A DNA stretch of 64,000 bases. Source: a virus. Each line of letters starts with the position of its first letter. The first letter of the stretch is position 1. Below, piece by piece: positions 59,967 through 64,000 of this stretch. Where the stretch lies: positions 1 through 64,000 of the IMG/VR virus record IMGVR_UViG_3300021171_000007; one strand, given 5' to 3'. Both the position numbers and the translations under genes were made by a program. The notes beneath the pieces were generated by a model. The model searched no databases. It was not told the DNA's origin and saw only the letters and a program-made list of their open reading frames with translations.

Positions 59967-62858
59967 ATGAGAATCAAGTCAGAATATAGTTTTCGTCACG
60001 CATACGGAAAAATTGAAGATGTTCATAATAGAGTGCTACAGTGTGACTGGTTAGCAGCGCCCATTTCAGATCGTTTGTCTACATTCGGATTTACAGATTG
60101 GGATAAACTATGTGATGAAGTTAAAGTAAAACCCGTGTTTGGTGTAGAGCTTGGAGTGACTCCACTTCTAGGCCAGAAGAAACCGCCAGTATCTTACTGG
60201 ACCTTTTTCGCCACAAGCAAGCTCCGCACCATTAATGAATTAGTTCTAAAGGCAACATCCAAAACAGGATATTATCCAGTCTTATCTTATGAAGAAGCTA
60301 TTCTTACAGAAGAAGTAATCAAGATTGCTGATAATAAATTGTTGCTGTCTGAAATCTATCCTCATGAGTATTTTTTTATTGCCTTGTCTCCATCCACTCC
60401 TATTGGCTTATTCAGAGAAGCAAAGGCTAAAGGATTTCAATTTATAGCTAGTAGTGATAATGTTTTTACATATCCAGAAGATAAATTGCCATATCATACC
60501 TTAATAGGTAAGAACTCAGAAACATCTCTATTTCCACAGTACATTATGACAGATGAAGAATGGCGAGCGGCGCTCCCATATTGTGTAACAGATATTGACG
60601 CACAATGTGCGATAATCAATAGAGACTTTGCATTGGATATTTGTAATGCCAAATTGCTTAAGGCTGACATTTTCCGACCTTCTCATAATTATTCATTAAG
60701 ACAGATGTGCGAAGATGGCGCATCAAAGTTGGGAATAGATTTAAATGATCCAATTTATGCAGAACGATTGGATCGAGAAATACAATTAATTGAGGAAAAG
60801 AACTTCCAAGACTATTTCTATATCGTAGCAGATTTGGTTGCTTATGCCAAAGAACACATGATCGTAGGACCGGGCCGTGGCTCATCTTCTGGTAGTCTGC
60901 TCTGTTATCTTTGTGGTATTACAAACGTCAATCCTATTAAATTTGGCCTTCTCTTCGAGAGATTTATCGACGTCACGAGGGCAGATCTTCCTGACATTGA
61001 TCTTGATTTTAGCGACGCTAAACGGCATTTGGTTTTTGACTATATTAAAGACAAGTATGGAGTTGAACATGTGGCGCGGCTAGGCTCAGTTATGAGCTAT
61101 AAGCCAAGATCAATTCTCAATACAGCAGGACAATCTTTGGGTATACCAAAGTGGCTGTGCGACAAGGTAGCTGACACACTTATCGAGCGATCATCAAAAG
61201 ATTCCCGTGCGCTCCAATCATTTGAGGAGACTTTCTCTGACACAGAAATCGGAAGGAAACTACTCACGGAATATCCAGAAATTTCAGCAGTATTTGAAGC
61301 TGAAGATCATGCAACTAATGCTGGCCAGCACGCAGCCGGTATCGCCATTACTAGTGGTGAAGTATTGGACTATGTTGCTATTGATGGTCGGACTGGCGGA
61401 ATCATGGCAGATAAATATGATGCAGAAGTTCTCAACATTCTTAAAATTGATATTTTGGGTCTATCTCAATTATCCGTTTTTGAACGAGCTTTAGAACTAA
61501 TAGGTGAACAGCCAAAGAACGGTTTCCTTGAGGCGCTCCCGTTAGATGATCAAAAAGCGTTCGACGTATTGAATAAGAAACAGTTCTCAGGTATATTTCA
61601 AGCAAATGGAAAGAGTTTGCAAATTTTGTTTCAATCTATTCATACGGATAGATTAGGAGATTTGGTAGCTATCACTTCTTTGTCGCGCCCAGGGCCAGTT
61701 GCTGCTGGTGGAGCAGTCCGTTGGACACGTAAAAGAATGGGGACAGAACCTGCTACATATCATCATCCTATGCTAATTCCATATTTGGAAGTTACATATG
61801 GAGAGGTAGTTTATCAAGAGCAGGTGATGTCTATCTGTCGCGATGTTGGCAAAATGGACTTTCGCGGCGTTACTAAGATCAGAAAGGCTATGTCCAAATC
61901 TTTGGGCGTAGAAGAAATGAAGACGTTAGGTGAGCCATTTAAGAAAGGCGCGTTTGAGAATGGATTAGATGAAAAGACGATAGACACTATTTGGGCAGAA
62001 CTAATCCAAATGGGTGCTTGGTCGTTTAATCTGTCACATGCACTTTCGTATTCTTTGATAACGTATTGGTGTTGTTGGCTTAAAGCGTATCATCCTGTAG
62101 AATTTGCAGCAGCCACATTAGACAATGAGTACGAGCCTATGAAGCAACTCAGATTGCTTCGTGAGCTAGATATGGAAGGTATCAAATACAAACCGTTAGA
62201 TATTGAGAAGTCTACAGAGCGATGGAATATCAAAGAAGAGGATGGTAAGAAAATCCTCGTTGGTCCTCTTACGAATATCAAGGGTGTCGGTCCAGTTACG
62301 GTGCGTAAGATATTGGAGTCACGCAAACCTGGTGGCGCACCATTAACTCCTGCCATAATGGCAAAACTGCAAACTGCATCAACAAAGATAGACTCACTCA
62401 CTCCTATTAGAGATGCAATCAACAAAATACATCCAGATTTAAGTAAGATCAATATTATATCAGAGCCTACGCCTATATGTGATCTCTATGCAGGATTGAA
62501 TGATCAATACACAATTCTTGGGCTTGTCAAAAAGATACAGCCTCGGGATGAAAATGATCTTCATTCATTAGCAAAGAGAGATGGCAGAAGAATTGAGGGT
62601 CCATCTTGGAGTCTTAATCTGTTCGTGCATGACGATACTGATGAGATTTTGTGCAAGATTGATAGATATGACTATTCTACTTCAGGTAAGAAAATTGAAG
62701 AAATAGCTGGTGCAGGTGATTCTTTGTATGCCATTAGAGGACGCATACCAAGAGGCTTTAGAATGATCTTAATTTCAAATATTAGGTATCTTGGTAAGAT
62801 GTCTGATCTAGAAATTAAGATGCAGCCGAAGATGAAAGGTCCAGATCTTTTCGCATGA
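59967..62858 (+). CDS. dnaE: DNA polymerase III alpha subunit (family C)
   Basis: PHP-like N-terminus; GPGRGSSSGSL, LLFERF, LPDIDLD, HAAG, KIDILGL, SRPGP, FNLSHA. Confidence 0.95.
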   Translation: MRIKSEYSFRHAYGKIEDVHNRVLQCDWLAAPISDRLSTFGFTDWDKLCDEVKVKPVFGVELGVTPLLGQKKPPVSYWTFFATSKLRTINELVLKATSKTGYYPVLSYEEAILTEEVIKIADNKLLLSEIYPHEYFFIALSPSTPIGLFREAKAKGFQFIASSDNVFTYPEDKLPYHTLIGKNSETSLFPQYIMTDEEWRAALPYCVTDIDAQCAIINRDFALDICNAKLLKADIFRPSHNYSLRQMCEDGASKLGIDLNDPIYAERLDREIQLIEEKNFQDYFYIVADLVAYAKEHMIVGPGRGSSSGSLLCYLCGITNVNPIKFGLLFERFIDVTRADLPDIDLDFSDAKRHLVFDYIKDKYGVEHVARLGSVMSYKPRSILNTAGQSLGIPKWLCDKVADTLIERSSKDSRALQSFEETFSDTEIGRKLLTEYPEISAVFEAEDHATNAGQHAAGIAITSGEVLDYVAIDGRTGGIMADKYDAEVLNILKIDILGLSQLSVFERALELIGEQPKNGFLEALPLDDQKAFDVLNKKQFSGIFQANGKSLQILFQSIHTDRLGDLVAITSLSRPGPVAAGGAVRWTRKRMGTEPATYHHPMLIPYLEVTYGEVVYQEQVMSICRDVGKMDFRGVTKIRKAMSKSLGVEEMKTLGEPFKKGAFENGLDEKTIDTIWAELIQMGAWSFNLSHALSYSLITYWCCWLKAYHPVEFAAATLDNEYEPMKQLRLLRELDMEGIKYKPLDIEKSTERWNIKEEDGKKILVGPLTNIKGVGPVTVRKILESRKPGGAPLTPAIMAKLQTASTKIDSLTPIRDAINKIHPDLSKINIISEPTPICDLYAGLNDQYTILGLVKKIQPRDENDLHSLAKRDGRRIEGPSWSLNLFVHDDTDEILCKIDRYDYSTSGKKIEEIAGAGDSLYAIRGRIPRGFRMILISNIRYLGKMSDLEIKMQPKMKGPDLFA

Positions 62859-64000
62859 TAAGAGTAATCACAGAAGCAAACTATTTGATGATTCACGGGC
62901 CGTTCCCGCTTGAGTTCTTAAGAATACTTTCACGTCTGTCTGGACCAAAAATACGCTATTCATCTAAATCCATTAGATATGATATGTCTAATTGGAATGT
63001 TAAGGTTCTCAAAGAGAGCGGATTTGAAATCGAATGGGAAGATTCTACTGAAGAATTAAAACAAATAGATGAAATTCAATCTATTAAAGAGATGATGGAT
63101 GATATTAAACCTATCAAATTCAATTATCATCCGAAGTACGAGCTTAAAGATCATCAAATAGAAGGACTTAATCTCAGCACATATCGCAAAGCGTTTGCTT
63201 GGTTCTTAGAGATGGGACTAGGCAAGACAGCCTTGGCTATTGCCAATTTCTGTATTCTATTTATGGAAAAGAAAATTGATGCTGTTCTTGTTTTGTCACC
63301 AAAAGGCGTGCATAAACAATGGATAGCAGAAGAAATTCCAAAGCATATAGATCCATCTATTCCTTTAAATATGACTCTATGGAATCGTCATGGTAAAGGG
63401 AAAGGTGCTTATGAATCTACTGATTTAAGACAGCAAGGTTTACTCAACATATTTTCTTTGAATATAGACTCAGTTAATACTAAGGATGGCTACTTTGCCA
63501 TTACTCAATTTTTCCGTTTATTTGGTGCACAATTTGATGTACGATATACCAAGAAAGGAAATAGAATATATGAAAATATAAGGCGTAAAGCTAAGATAAT
63601 GATGATTATTGACGAGTCTCATCAAATAGGAAATTATACATCTGGTAGAACACAAGAAACTATAGATTTTGGCAAATTAGTTGAGTATCGTAGAATATTA
63701 ACAGGAACTCCTATTGCCACTAGCCTACTTAATATTTGGTGTCAATTTATGTTTCTCGATCCTAAGATTATTGGATATAACTATGTGACTCCATTTAAAG
63801 CACATTTCTGTGAGCTTGGAGGATATTCTGGACAAGAGGTTGTTGGCAGCAAAAATGTTGAAGAGTTCTATAGTATCATTGCGCCACATTGCTTTAGAAA
63901 AACCAAAAAGGAATGTCTCGATCTTCCTGATAAGATTTACGCCAAACGAACTTATATGCTAGGCAATGAGACACGTTGGCATTATGAAAATATCAAACAT
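62855..64000 (+). CDS. SNF2-family helicase (5' part; runs off the window)
   Basis: ATG at 62855 overlaps the dnaE stop; translated by hand: FLEMGLGKT, IIDESHQI, ILTGTPI. Confidence 0.85.
   Translation, partial: MIRVITEANYLMIHGPFPLEFLRILSRLSGPKIRYSSKSIRYDMSNWNVKVLKESGFEIEWEDSTEELKQIDEIQSIKEMMDDIKPIKFNYHPKYELKDHQIEGLNLSTYRKAFAWFLEMGLGKTALAIANFCILFMEKKIDAVLVLSPKGVHKQWIAEEIPKHIDPSIPLNMTLWNRHGKGKGAYESTDLRQQGLLNIFSLNIDSVNTKDGYFAITQFFRLFGAQFDVRYTKKGNRIYENIRRKAKIMMIIDESHQIGNYTSGRTQETIDFGKLVEYRRILTGTPIATSLLNIWCQFMFLDPKIIGYNYVTPFKAHFCELGGYSGQEVVGSKNVEEFYSIIAPHCFRKTKKECLDLPDKIYAKRTYMLGNETRWHYENIKH

Noticed and set aside
1-64000. Prophage boundaries, integrase, lysis cassette, introns or inteins
   Set aside because: None recognised; DnaE, TerL and the helicase are of normal length and uninterrupted; the genome continues beyond both ends

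Overview
A 64-kb piece of a lytic, contractile-tailed (myovirus-type) dsDNA phage genome. No integrase, lysis cassette or host genes were recognised. The host is inferred, weakly, to be a GC-rich, possibly alphaproteobacterial, bacterium. 1-23.1 kb (minus strand) is the morphogenesis operon: TerL, a Pro-rich insert, portal, NUDIX-fused head maturation/scaffold protein, decoration protein, MCP, adaptor, Ig/collagen proteins, sheath, tube, chaperone, tape measure with peptidoglycan-hydrolase domains, and baseplate. A divergent NusG/RfaH paralog follows, then many small ORFs, a helicase/origin/TerS-like region (30-35 kb), a long early region of small genes (35-49 kb), and a replication and nucleotide-metabolism block (primase, ligase, SSB-like, dNTP diphosphohydrolase, FAD oxidoreductase, atypical ThyX, HAD phosphatase, DnaQ, DnaE, SNF2 helicase). 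The most striking observations are: (1) six complete type II hammerhead ribozymes, each between a stop codon and the next Shine-Dalgarno, which would cut the early mRNA into cassettes; (2) a ~760-bp gene-plus-terminator unit with no TGA/TGG/TCA/CCA trinucleotide, next to a tract packed with them, in a phage carrying a candidate DNA-modification cluster; (3) a recurrent terminal 'DLF(A)' docking motif on about ten proteins; (4) a GGTAGCA motif at translation starts that resembles the RfaH ops core; (5) a D-arm-less tRNA-like RNA and several other structured intergenic RNAs. All protein calls are from motif recognition and synteny; no database search was run.
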